Origin: Balanoglossus misakiensis | Lineage: Eukaryota > Animalia > Hemichordata | Direction: 5' to 3' | Length of the DNA: 64,000 nt | Assembly: GCA_040954595.2 (NCBI GenBank) | Contig: CM082582.2 | Coordinates: 12,793,777-12,857,776, forward strand | In this document: piece after piece, positions 25,936 to 38,500 of the stretch | Numbering within the stretch: position 1 is the first letter of the stretch | Layout: the number at the start of each line of letters is the position of its first letter | Made by a program: the position numbers and the translations under genes | The notes under the pieces: model-generated | The model's input: only the letters and a program-made list of their open reading frames with translations | Told to the model about the DNA's origin: nothing | Databases searched by the model: none

Positions 25936-28900
25936 ACTCTGTGGCAACATCAAATAGTACTGCCATTGGCTTATTCACTTTTCAATTGTTTGTACTAGTA
26001 ATGGGTAAATGTCATAAATCATTTGTTGTTCCACTATCCATGGCAGATATGGTTTTTATCTATTGTCAAGGTTTTATGGATGAAACACATGATCGTACCA
26101 AGAACCCGATCCTAATTAATATGCAGGCATGTACTATATACGAGTGCGTTTTATGGCAAAGAAATGTCAAAATAACGCTTTTTGGCAGTTTAAAGGTAAC
26201 CATTTTGATGAAAAATCATAGTTAAACAAATGTGGTGAAATACAAATTACATTAAGCGGTAATTTTATATAAGATTGCTACTCCATCTGGAGTCTATTGA
26301 TATTAACAATCATTTGATTGTTCCAGGGCCACTTTTTTGTTTTTGGACATTGCTTTCTTCCGAGGAAATATTCATTTTAAGGGAATCTGAAATAAAACTG
26401 TGCACGAAGTTTTCAAGATGTTATAGGGTACTCTGTTATAGTTAGCCAAGGTCATGGTAAAACAGGTCATTTAGTGTCACCTTGTAAAAAATGATGCAAA
26501 AATAGATCACATGACCTGACTGAATTAATGGGAGCTACCGGGAATATATTTCTGTCTTGTGTACTAATAGCATCTTAGTCATACAGAAATGTCTATGCTA
26601 TCGTTAGAATTCAAGTAAAAACTTATTTTTCAACAACAACAACAACAACAGCTGCTATCACTACTATGTACCAGTCAGTATATGATGATGATTGTACACA
26701 AATGTTGATAAGGTAAATGCTCAGCATTTCACCATTGTGTTAACAGTTAGAACAGGAAATGCAATGGATCCTTTTAGTCATTCGAAAGCCTATTGTCTTG
26801 TAACAATCACATTTTATCTACAAATAAAAAAAAACGTTTGAGTTTTTTTTAATAACCACGCAGTTCAGTTTACCCCAGAAAGAAAGGGCTTTGTTTAGTG
26901 TAAAATAACCCGCCTGTTGGAGTTTACTGCACAAAAACTTGTGTTTTACTATTATTTTACAATTTTACTGCCAAATAGAAGAATGATAATACACAGCCAG
27001 CAAATGTTATAATTTCCTAAATTAGGACTTAACAGAAATGTTGCAATTCTCATTAAATGGGCTGACAGAAAGTAGCGAAAAGTGCGATATCATTGTGTCT
27101 CTCCAAGAACAAAAACTATAATTTGTGTATTTTTGCATATCATGTTATATATGTGTATCCTGCTGTATTTTTTCACAATGCTAAGAGAAATAGATAGAAA
27201 AAGACATACTTGTATTTCCATTTAGAGAACTTTAACATAGATTCTCCTGTCATCTCGTTTAATTTCATATATGATGTCCAACACTCATTCGACATACCTT
27301 CAACATTATCTTGTTGAAGGAAATAGATTTGCAGCCAGCGTTTCTACTCTAATGCCAAAATTAGCTGCTTCTCATATATCCTGTACATGGGCAATTCAAG
27401 AACACTTTGAGTCATAAAGTATGAATGTTCAGGTCAATTGTTTTGTACAAAAGGAAAAACAAAAGCATTCTATATAGAAAACATTAAATATTTGTTATGT
27501 AGAATTCGACGTATTTTTTTTATTAAAACAGTTTTACCGGGTCACACCCATAAACATGTCGACCTCCTCTCCGGCCTCAAGTATAAATTTAACACCACTG
27601 AAGACACAGGCCATGAAGGGCGACTGTTTGGAAGGTACCCCTACCTTTTGGATTTGCTCGACAACCTTCACAGCTTGTGTGTACAATCCAGGGATCATGG
27701 GCAAAGACTACATGTCCCAGGCACATTTTGGACAGGAATGGATGTAGCTAGAAGCAGGTTTCCATGTGCACCAATTTATAACTAATTATTGACCAATTTA
27801 GTAAATGATAGCAAATACAAATTCGTCCCTGGTTTGAACTTTTCCTGCGTGTACAGACTCTTAAATGCTTAGTTTACATACATGCGTGTAATACATGACA
27901 CCAAAAGACATTGCAAGGTTTGAGGCTCTTCAAGTGGTTTTGGACTAAATGAAGATGGTCGAGAAAGATGAGTTTGGGATGACCTCAACCTACTCTCCAT
28001 TTGTGATTAACCATTTCCTGTGCTTTTGTTGTTATCCGGGGTCATGTCTGTGTCCCACAACTCAGGTGAAACATATAAATAAATTTTCCCAAATGACTTT
28101 TATAAAAATTAAACTGCAAAGCTCCTGTTTAGATTAGGTTCCCTCCATTTAAACTGAGCTGTACTTCAGATACACAAACTGATAATGAAGGCTGACCTTC
28201 CCGGACTCTTGAAAGACATTTCTTTTGCCGCTCTAATTTTTACCATTAATTTTTACAGTTTAATAGCAACCAAAAATAAACCAGTACGTGCATACTGTTT
28301 GCTAGTAGGTCACAGTGCACTCTACACTGAGTATGCTTGTTCACCACTGTGGCCTTGAGAGCTGGCCTCTTGCAAATCTATTTTTATTTTCAATGTTGTA
28401 ATTAAATGGACCCCAGATATTGTGAAAAGCATATACTTTTAAAAATGGGTGTACACTTCAGAAATGCTGTCACCATTTGAATTAACTGCTGGAAGCAAGC
28501 CCTGCTTTTTTCCAGCTTGACAATTTAACTGGTTTGGTGGTAGGCACATCTAACTGTTCACTGCACAGCACTAAGCAAAATGTCTATCATCACATCACAT
28601 CAACTAAACCTTTACCAGAACTAAGAGTGTCTTGATTTTCTTACAAGTACGAAAAAAAAGTAACAATGGGTGTGTGTAATTCCCAGACTAACCTGTGTTT
28701 GGAATCCTGAACAGTTTCCAGTGATGCCCCAGGCCTGTTGTATACACCAATGCAGTTCCACTAAACACATGGTCTAACCACTACAGGTCCTCACGTGTAT
28801 CCTTGCCTGTCCTTGGCGACATGGTGACAGCCAAGTTGCCCGCTTTGAATGACAAAGGCTACAAAGAAATAAGATTGCTACATTTGGTATGTATCCTTCA

Positions 28901-29515
28901 GAAACATCCACACTCCCTACAAGTACAACTGTAAAAAGAATTTGAACTTGAAGTTTGGCTTTTAATTTTTCTCCCATTCAATCCTCAGTATACATATGCG
29001 TGAATTTCTTCTGGGTGTTTTAAAGGATGTCAACAACAATCTTACAAACATGAGAGAAACAAGAGCCATTTGTGAAAAAGCTGCACCTCCTCAAGAGGTC
29101 AGGAGACTTTCACGGTTGGTGATTATGGATTGAAATAAGGTCAATGAACTTCACAGGTTGCCTTGGCTGTGAACACTGAAGTGTATAAGCTTACATGTAT
29201 TTGGAGAATGCTGTCAAGCAGCTTTGTGACATGGTTGCGAGATAATATTTACTTACGTTGAGGTTAAGGAGACTACATCTTACGTTGAACGAGCATGCAA
29301 ACCCAGTTCCCATTCTGAATGCCACGTCGCCACCACGTGCGCAATGGCGACGAGGCAAAAGAACACGATTACAATACAGCGCCCCCATGGGGTCTACCTC
29401 GACTATGTGCGTGAGTACGCTTCGATTGTGACGTCACCATGCAGTCCGTTCGAAATCTTGAATAGAATATGCTTTATGAAAATGGTACTTTGATGACAGC
29501 TTTATAATTTAAACT

Positions 29516-29809
29516 ATGTCGGTTAATTTTCCGACCTTGAATACAGAAGATTTAAGATTTTCGATGAACGGGGAGCTTTCAGAAAATTCTTCAGAGGGCG
29601 ACCGTACATGTGAAACTGGCACAGGACAAAACCAAGAAAAGACGCGCGACGCTCGGCACAAACTGACTGAAGAGTTGCGGCAAGATCACGAAGGGTTGGT
29701 GACAGAAAATGAACTTTTGCGGCAACATTTACGATTCTTGAAGGAAAACAGTGATTTGCGCACTGCCACTGTTATAGCATTCTTGACATCATGGATAACA
29801 GGTAAGGAC

Positions 29810-29900
<91 letters not shown>

Positions 29901-31110
29901 ATTGCACCTTTCACTCTACACAGGGAATCCATTCAAAGAACCGGTGTCAACAAAACCAGATGAGTTGAAGGAGAACAAAAGAGAAAAGGCTGAACAAACT
30001 CGAGAAAATTCTGCAGACGAAGTTCTTCTCGCCAGTCAAGTTTTACATGATGCCCAATCCGACGGAATTCTGTGTGAGTGTAGTCGGTACAGCCTCAGCA
30101 AACCGTGCATGTGTTCGACCAATATCAACTCGACGTCGACGGACTTTGGTGACTTGCACGAGTGGGAAGAACATCTGATAAAGCAACTGCGACAACCGGT
30201 AACTTCAACACCTGTGAAAAGAAAGGCTGTACAACGCAACTATATGGAAAGCTATCTTGTGGATGACAATGAAACTAAAACTGACGATACCGGCGGCGAA
30301 ATTCCAAGTGGACAGAATTTTGACGCCGACCATGGCAACGAAGTTTCACTGGATGGACAGAATGTTGAGACCCATGATCACCCGGATCACCAGGTACCTC
30401 ATGATGAGCAGATGGACGTTGAAGATGCGAATTCCCGCGCAGACGACAACAGAATTGTCGGAGACGGAATTTCGGCAGGAATAGAGGACACAAAACTACA
30501 AGCAAGTCTCCAGAAAAGTGACGACGTCGTGAAAGAATTGCCCAATTTAAAGAAGCGTATGGACCAGGCACCAAAACCGAATGTCCTCAGCACAATGTAC
30601 GGCATAAATACGATGATACCGCTGCCCCAGTTGGGACACCCAAGTAGTCATGGTAACGAACGAATTTTGGGAGAGATAGCTTTTCAACTGGACAGACGAG
30701 TGGTTTCGTACGTCTTCAGTCACGGGCCTTTACCTGGCCAATCAAAGCGTCGTTTCTATGGTTACACCATTCTTAACATTTCGAAGATGATCGAACTTGA
30801 ATGGGAGGACGAAGTGACACGTGATGTTCTGCGTCATCGATTTCAAGATATCATCAGTAAAATAACGCCTCTTGGCTTCAATGTTGAACTTCATCCAGCT
30901 GCAATCGTGCGTATTATCAACTCCTTTGGTATGCTCGATACCCGGCCCAACAAGGACAAGTCCGCGCAATCGCAGTTTGACCTAGAAAGTTTACAGGAAC
31001 AAATCGAAGATTTGAAACTTCATCCCAAGGACCAGAATGATGCATTTTGTTTGTTGGGTTGTTTAGAAGCTTTGTCTCAGGATGATGGAAAACCCATCTT
31101 CTTCTACTGA
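29516..31110 (+). CDS. SPATC1L: Speriolin-like protein (Speriolin N coiled coil plus Speriolin C domain), 2 exons, ~490 aa
   Basis: Exons 29516-29801 and 29924-31110 (G|gtaagg...cacag|GG, in phase). N-terminal EGLVTENELLRQHLRFLKENSDLR and C-terminal ERILGEIAFQLDRRVVSYVF...RFYGYTILNI...DDGKPIF match the speriolin family. SPATC1 versus SPATC1L orthology cannot be resolved by eye. Confidence 0.85.
29811..29900 (+). repeat. (GAT)30 perfect microsatellite inside the 122-nt speriolin intron
   Basis: 90 nt of uninterrupted GAT. It is the source of the poly-Met and poly-His ORFs in the track. Confidence 0.98.
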
Positions 31111-32514
31111 ATTAATTTGACCAGAATTCGAAATGCACATTAAACTTTGTCTGCGTAATGAAGTATTTGACTTCTATACATGTAAATTAAAAAGTTTATG
31201 TGGAAAAAATAAATTCATTTCATAACATATTTATTGGCCACTGCACCATTATTATCTCCCGGACTGAGTTTATTTGCTCTTTGCAGACACAGCAAGTTAC
31301 ATGGTTACATTTATGAAAGTATCACACAAGTATAGAAAAAAATAATAAGGAATACTTTTCTTAAAAGGTTTCTGTGACTCATGATTTTGAAAACGCTGTA
31401 AACAATTGCAGCACAATTTCACGGAAGCATCTACTATACCCAAATACAGTATTCAGCGATTCTAACTAGGAAGATCTGAATTATTTCTATATGTGATATC
31501 AAAATCAAATCAAAAGAAATCAGTCAAACTGGCTGGTATTACAGTTAACAAAAATACTTCCCAAATTTACAATCTTGATTACTCTCTGTAAGAACAACAA
31601 CATCATTAAAATACACCAGACAGCATTAATTGGATGATCATACACAACTCGCTTTGCTCTCCAACTACCGGTACATCTGACTTAAATGTACATGTGTCAT
31701 TTGGTAAATTTAATATCTTGGCACTTTGGTCAATGCTAACCTGATATGATCACAGTTTCAACAATAAAATAAAGTCGACGACACTAACTAAGAATTTCCT
31801 TTTTTTCAAAATATCTCTGTTGATATAATAAAAGGTAAGTTATTACTGTTGAAATACCTTTTACAATTCATTGGTTCATAAGAATTCATCAATACTGTAT
31901 ATTGGAGGTGATCATTCCCTTGAAACTATGTAAATTCTACTCACATGTACAATACATAAACATGGTTGAACTAAACTTGTTGAAACTACAATATCAAGGG
32001 ATATACCAAAAAAAAAAGAGACTGACTTGTGTGTAGTCAATAAAGGAAATGTGTCCTCCATGAAGGGAATACAAAACATATGACCGTCACTGGATACTGA
32101 AATTCTAGTCTAACAATATCAACCATAGTCACTGTTAGTCTATAAACTAAAGTTATTGTTTTCAGGTTCCATTAACACACTTTTTCATAGAAATGGGTAA
32201 AACTTTGCACTACAAGCTTTCATTGCACAAGATCACATGACCTGGGAACTGCAACTGTACATAGCACCTTGAGTGATATTATCAGAAAACAAAGAAACAT
32301 CAAAAATTATGTGCAGTTTTTAAATTTCTGTTTTCTTTGTTGCAATTTCAGAAGTTCCATGTCGGTGGAATTTTTATTTTTGAAATGTGAGCAATAACTC
32401 TTTTATTCCTCAACCTGTCAAACTTATTGAGGTATAAAACGTGTGACCGATGCATATCCGAGATTACAGTGAAAATGTCAGATAACAACACCCTCCCCTC
32501 CCCTCCCCCTCACC

Positions 32515-35500
32515 TCAAAGGGAATCCCTGTAAATTCCTGTGATGCCAATGGCAAGTAATACTGCAGCAGAAGACGCTAGGAATCGGAAAAGACCAGGAA
32601 CTGATGGAAGCATTCTTTCCAAAGTACTGATATCATTTGGTGGTGCAGGAACATCCTGTTTGGGGAGAGGAAAATGATAGCAAGACGTTGAAGACAGAAA
32701 ATTGATATTCCCTAGGAATGATTTCAAATAGTATTATACAATGTTGACTTCAACCCTTTCACACCCATCTCCACATATAAAGGTCCAGCATTGCTATTGA
32801 AAACAATGGAGTTGGACCAAACCATGGATGGTGAAAGGGTTACATCCCTTGCAATTCCTACCTCAGACTCTGGTTCGTCCTGCCAAATTTCATCTTCTGC
32901 AATGCGTCCCATGGCATGTAGTGCCTGAAAGGAGAAAGGAGAACCATGTTTAATGCTCCTCTGTGAGTCTTTGTGACAGGTACTCATGATTAACAACTCA
33001 TTTGTCATCATATCTTCAAGGTCAAGGATGTGGAGTGGCAAACCTTTGTCAGGAAAGAGTTAACAAACTACTGTGGACATTCAAACCATCTGACCAACTA
33101 AACAACATCTGACTTGAAGAACACATACTCTACCCCCACCAACACAGACCACAGCCTGAATAAAAGCAAGGGTCAACCAAATGCAAAGAACCCACCTCTC
33201 TTGCTGCCCTCTCTCCAGCCTGGACAGCACCATCCATGTATCCCCTCCAGGTTGTTGCAGTCTCTGTACCGGCAAAATAAACGTTTCCATGTGGTTCATT
33301 CAAATACCTGGTTTGTGAATTGAGAAAAACAAAAGGTGTCATTAAATTAAATAAACATTTTTTCATGATAAAAGTTAAGGGCCAATGATATAAATCAGCT
33401 GATATTTATACTAGCTGATGAGCAGTGCTTATGTCTTCTCTTGATTCTGTATGACACAGAAATGAAAGCAAATATTTGTTCTTCTGGATTTGACAGAAAT
33501 ATTTGTGCAGGAAGCAAAACCATACCTTCCATACTTGACTAAAGATCCTATTGGCATCAGACCAAAACATCCCTTTGAGTATTCATCGTCTATCCAATTC
33601 TTTTCCACAAATTTTCTTGGCTGTTAGTTATTAATGATAGAGGAAAATGAGGAATGGTTTTCAGTGAAATTGCCATTTAATTTTACGACAGAAAACCCTA
33701 CAACTCTATGTGTGGCAGTGATTATAGTTGATATGCTCACGACCAGTATATAATAGAAATCATAAGGTTTATGTAATTGAGAAAAACCCAATACTTTGAT
33801 TTAAAAAAGTGATTAGGCCCGGTTTGGTAATAAACTCACATGTAATGCTTCTTCACATACAAAAATTGTCGCAAAATGTTCACAAATTTGCCGTTGTCTG
33901 AAAGCAAAAATAGTCAAATTGATTACTCAAGGAAATGTTAGACTAACTACTACACAATGAAATCATCTGCACCCATTCGGCAGAGACAGGATTGGCTGAT
34001 CAAGCGCAAAGGAAATCTGAATTCTAACCACTGATGGCGCTGTCACAATTGTAAGATTGAATCACACGTGTGAGTGCAATTAATCATTCAAGGGAGATAT
34101 GCCAATTGGAATGTGATGAATTCGCATTAATGTACGTGATGTGACATTCATATCTTAGTACTGCAGCTAGAGTCAACGGAGGGACTGATACATATACATG
34201 AACTCAGCTCCATGGATCACGAAGAGGTCATTCCAAACTTGCAAATCACTCTTACCTCTCTTCTGGCGACAGAGTTGAAAGCATCTTGGCATTACCTGCA
34301 CCAATAAATCTAGAATTGACCAGATACGGCTTAGTGAACACTTCAATACAAATATACAGTTTTGATACACATATTCTAGTTTGATACATAGCTTGACTTC
34401 TATTACTAGGCTAGAAACCCCTTGCTACAGTAATTAACAAAGTCTTGCAAGATCTCACAATGAGTGGATAATCATCGTTTTCACACACTGCCTGAGATAA
34501 GAAGACAAAGTCTTTCTCTTACCCAATTAATGACGGATATGAACTATCATCTTTGGTTCCATCAAAGGTAGCTTGAACAAGACCATCACATATTGTCATT
34601 CCATTCAAACCTGAATAAAATAGCATCAGAGATATTGTGTTTCTAATGTCAAATCTGAGCATTCTGTCCCCTTTACTCAAGGACTACGCAAAGTCACAGC
34701 TCTGTGAACTAGACTAACCATTTGGTGATATAGAAGGCGGTTCCAAAGCATGTAACCATACCAGACAAAAACAGCTGGAAGCAAATGAAAAACAGCACAA
34801 GACAAGTACCTTTCTCCCTCCAGAAAGGTCTGTCATAGAAGGCAAAGACTTTAAAACCAGCACCAACACATTTCTTCATGTAGATTTCTTGAAGCATCTA
34901 AAAAGAGACAGAAAGAAAATCAAATGCAGAAACAATCAGAGTGTATTAGAGAGGCAAAGTCATGAACTATCAATCATGGGGCTGATTAAAACTGACCAAT
35001 AATATACACATTCTGATTTTGAGAAAATCATCATCATCATCATCATCAACAACAACAACAACAACCTACCGTGTCTTTTTCAAATGGTAACACAGGCTGG
35101 AATGCTATCTCTGTTACCATGATTGGTGGAATGGCAAGTACAACATGCTCTGCCTGGTGAAAAAAACAAATGAGAGTTATAAAATCATTCGTCTTCTGAA
35201 AGTTTTCTTCAGAGAAGAGTTCAAAGAGTTAATGTAGACTCCATAAATCAATCATTAATTCTTCAAGGTAAGGATGTAAACAGTGTCCACAAAATGTACA
35301 TCATTCATGGAACAGTAAAGTCACAATTAGTGTAAGTACAATCCAAAGATAAAATGTCTTACCAGAAAATCCCTGCCACATTTTGTCGACACTTTCACGA
35401 CACCACCGCTCTGTGTAATTGAGGTCACAAATTTATTGAGGAGAACATTTTCTGGAAAGGCAAAGAAATACATGTAATAAAGATAAGACAGTCAAGTCTG

Positions 35501-38500
35501 TAACACACAAAATGGCAACCTTGAATGTTGCCATGGTGTCACTATTGCCATGGTTTCAAAAGTGATACATCTCAGGATTCTTACTAACATAACACCAGTA
35601 AAATTATGAAACTGATTGTAACTCCTACCTGTGCCAATAATATCTGCAATCTTTTCACTAACTTGTTGATTCCCTCCCAGGACAACTCTTTCCTGAAAAT
35701 GAAAAAAAAATCTTGATTTGTTAGAGTGAGCATTCCTGTCAACCCCTTCACCCCCAGTTCCCTTTTAGAGGTCCAAACATACCATAGAGAACAATGGGAT
35801 TGGACTGGACCATGGTGGTCAAAGGGTTAATAAGCTGTTGCTTACCTGAGCACCATTCTCGATTGAAAGAGCTCTTTTGAATCCTGTCAAGGGAAGAATA
35901 GAACAAATCATGTAGGAGAAATTTTAATGCAGATTGATTGAAAATCATGCATTCTAAATACATTGCGAGTTTTGTGCACGCAAGCAGTGGACATATCAAA
36001 ACTACCTGAAAAAAGAAATGTGTATGTAATTCATATAATTATACACTACATATTTACATATCAGGAATGCACTTTTAGATATAGCATATTAGATGTGATT
36101 ATTTACCTCCCCCGGATTTCACATCCCAAATGAAGTGCAAGAATGAAACCTGTTCAGGCTCCACAAAAAAACCTGAGTTGACAAGTATCCGCCCAAGTTT
36201 CTTGCTAGTTTCAGTCCAGCAGTTTTTCTCTAACCAATCCGCAGTTGTCATATTGTCATATTCCTTGGCAAACGGAACATCCCACGGCGAGGAAAGTGGA
36301 AGCTGTGTCAAAAGGGGAATAATTTAATGATTACTTTTATGATTTTGCATTTACACGCACGGTGTGCACACACACTGACACACACACACACACACACATC
36401 ATGTAAAATATAGTTGCAAAAATAAACTTCAATATAGAAAAATACTGACTTTATCTGCTTCTTCTTGTATTGCCACTTGCATGTGATTAAGGTCCAGCAC
36501 AGTGATGGGATTATATATATTAGGAATTTCGCCATGAAAAGCGTATCTCGAATTCTGGAGAGAGAAAAAAATAGGACTATTGCAATTAAAATCCTCATTA
36601 GACCACAGACATTACACATTGTGGACATGAATGTAATTATGGTGAAACGAAGGTCATGCCATAGAATACAACTCTCCTAGTATTCAGATTTTTTAAATTT
36701 TTTCTGATAGCCTTTTTATTTTGGTCTTGTTCTAAGTCACATTCAATCTTCCATTCTGAAGAACAACAATAGTCTAAGAGGTTTACAAGAGCCATTTAGT
36801 CATTTGCAATGGCTTGTTAAGAAGGATTATGCTCTCAGGAAGTGCATCAGTGATCCTTCAGGATGTAGAAATGTGAATCCTCACGGGAGATGGTTAATGA
36901 GTGAGGCTGTCGACAAGGTTGTAGTGGTGAGTGAACAACAGTCTATACAATGGTGTATACAACTTACATCCAGCACCATAACAGTCTTTCCCTGGTTAAT
37001 ATTAACTTTTTGATTTTTTATTCCAAGCTCTTTCATAAGGCGTAAGATTCTGTTTTGTGTCGGTCCAATGAAGCTAGCTCCCATATCCGCACAGCCATAG
37101 GTCGCGTCCTAAAGAGGAAATAAGAGACACCATGTGAAAATCATTAAGACTTCAGTGGACAACGACCAAAAGTGAATGAAGAACTAACATACATGTAAAA
37201 AAGTCACAGTTTTGCTATGTCACTGAAAATAATGATACATTATTTAAAAATTCAGTGGTTTGGAATCGGTGTCCTTCTTGAACACTTCGTGAGAAAGTCA
37301 TTCAAACACCAAGCCTTGGTTACCTTGGTAACATGCCATGAGGTGAAAGGTCAGAGCATGCAAAGAGTTGACTAGCTTGCCGCCTGCCACTTAGTGCGTT
37401 CTGCTATTGATGTCATTTTTTTACTAACTGCAGGGAACTGTGGAAGTCACTATCAAATTACATGAATCCCAGGAAAAGACTAATTTCCCTCCATCATCCG
37501 AAATATGTAATCTCTTTTCTCTGAAACTCAGGTCCACTCCTCTGACCTGTCACCACATCAGTACATGCGTCTGTGGACACTCAAGAATTCAGTGTCTCGA
37601 ACAAACTTATCTTATTTACAGGAGTGAGAAAATGAGAAATTTGAAACTTTAGTGAGGTTATATGAGAAGAAAATTGCAGACATTAAGACCATCTGCTACA
37701 TTAAGAAATACCATTTACTCAACTGCCTTGACAATACTACACGGAAAGTGGGAAAGTTATCTGAAATAATGCCAGAGTATTAGTTCAGATGAGTAGTTCC
37801 TACAGAGTTAATTACGTTAATTATTTTCAAATAACTCTATAATGTTTCAATGACTAACATGTCCATCAATGTTAGAGCTGTCGTTTTTCTCCACGTCGCA
37901 AAAGGAATTAAAACGCCCCCAAAGCTGCGATGATTACTGTGAATGAATATATCAAACCTAACAATATAATTACTTTGATACTGAATTCATCAGGTATTGA
38001 TAACAGACAGGATATTTGTCCTCATGTGAGGCTATGCACAAGGCATGAATTCCATAGAGAGATACAGATAGCTCACAAACTTTATAATCAAGCACACCAA
38101 TTCAGTATGACAGATACCCTACATAGACGTTTGCTATTTATTCTGACTGAAGACACTCGCTATGCAATATCTTCAACACCAAGAGTTTGAACAACAACCT
38201 TTCTTACAACATGTACAAGGGTTGAATACAGCCTCAGCCAAGACCCACTCGAGGTGATTTTTCTCATTGTGTGTGCACAACATTTTGTGTTGTCATGACT
38301 TCGAGCAGATGACCTTTTCAAGGTTTGAACACAATACAGGGACACATCACTGCATACATATTCTCCCTATAGCTGTTCATTTGTGCCATTGACAAAACAC
38401 ACTGTGGCTTAGAACCATTGTCAAGCTGAACCCAGCATGACTTACATGTACTTAATACTTCATTCTGTCACACACGCACACACACACCTTTCAACACACA

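Noticed and set aside
27438-27785. Plus-strand ORF with LPGHTHKHVD, reminiscent of a transposase-like GHTHxxxD motif
   Set aside because: Short, with no other supporting motifs. The splice and poly(A) signals favour the opposite strand.
29094-29112. Minus-strand gaaagtctcctgacctc resembling RNase MRP CR-I
   Set aside because: No matching P4 partner or CR-V found downstream.
29812-29923. 432-aa ORF starting with poly-Met, and the antisense poly-His ORF (29686-29907)
   Set aside because: Both come from the intronic (GAT)30 repeat. Clean GT-AG splicing removes it and joins the Speriolin N and C parts in frame.
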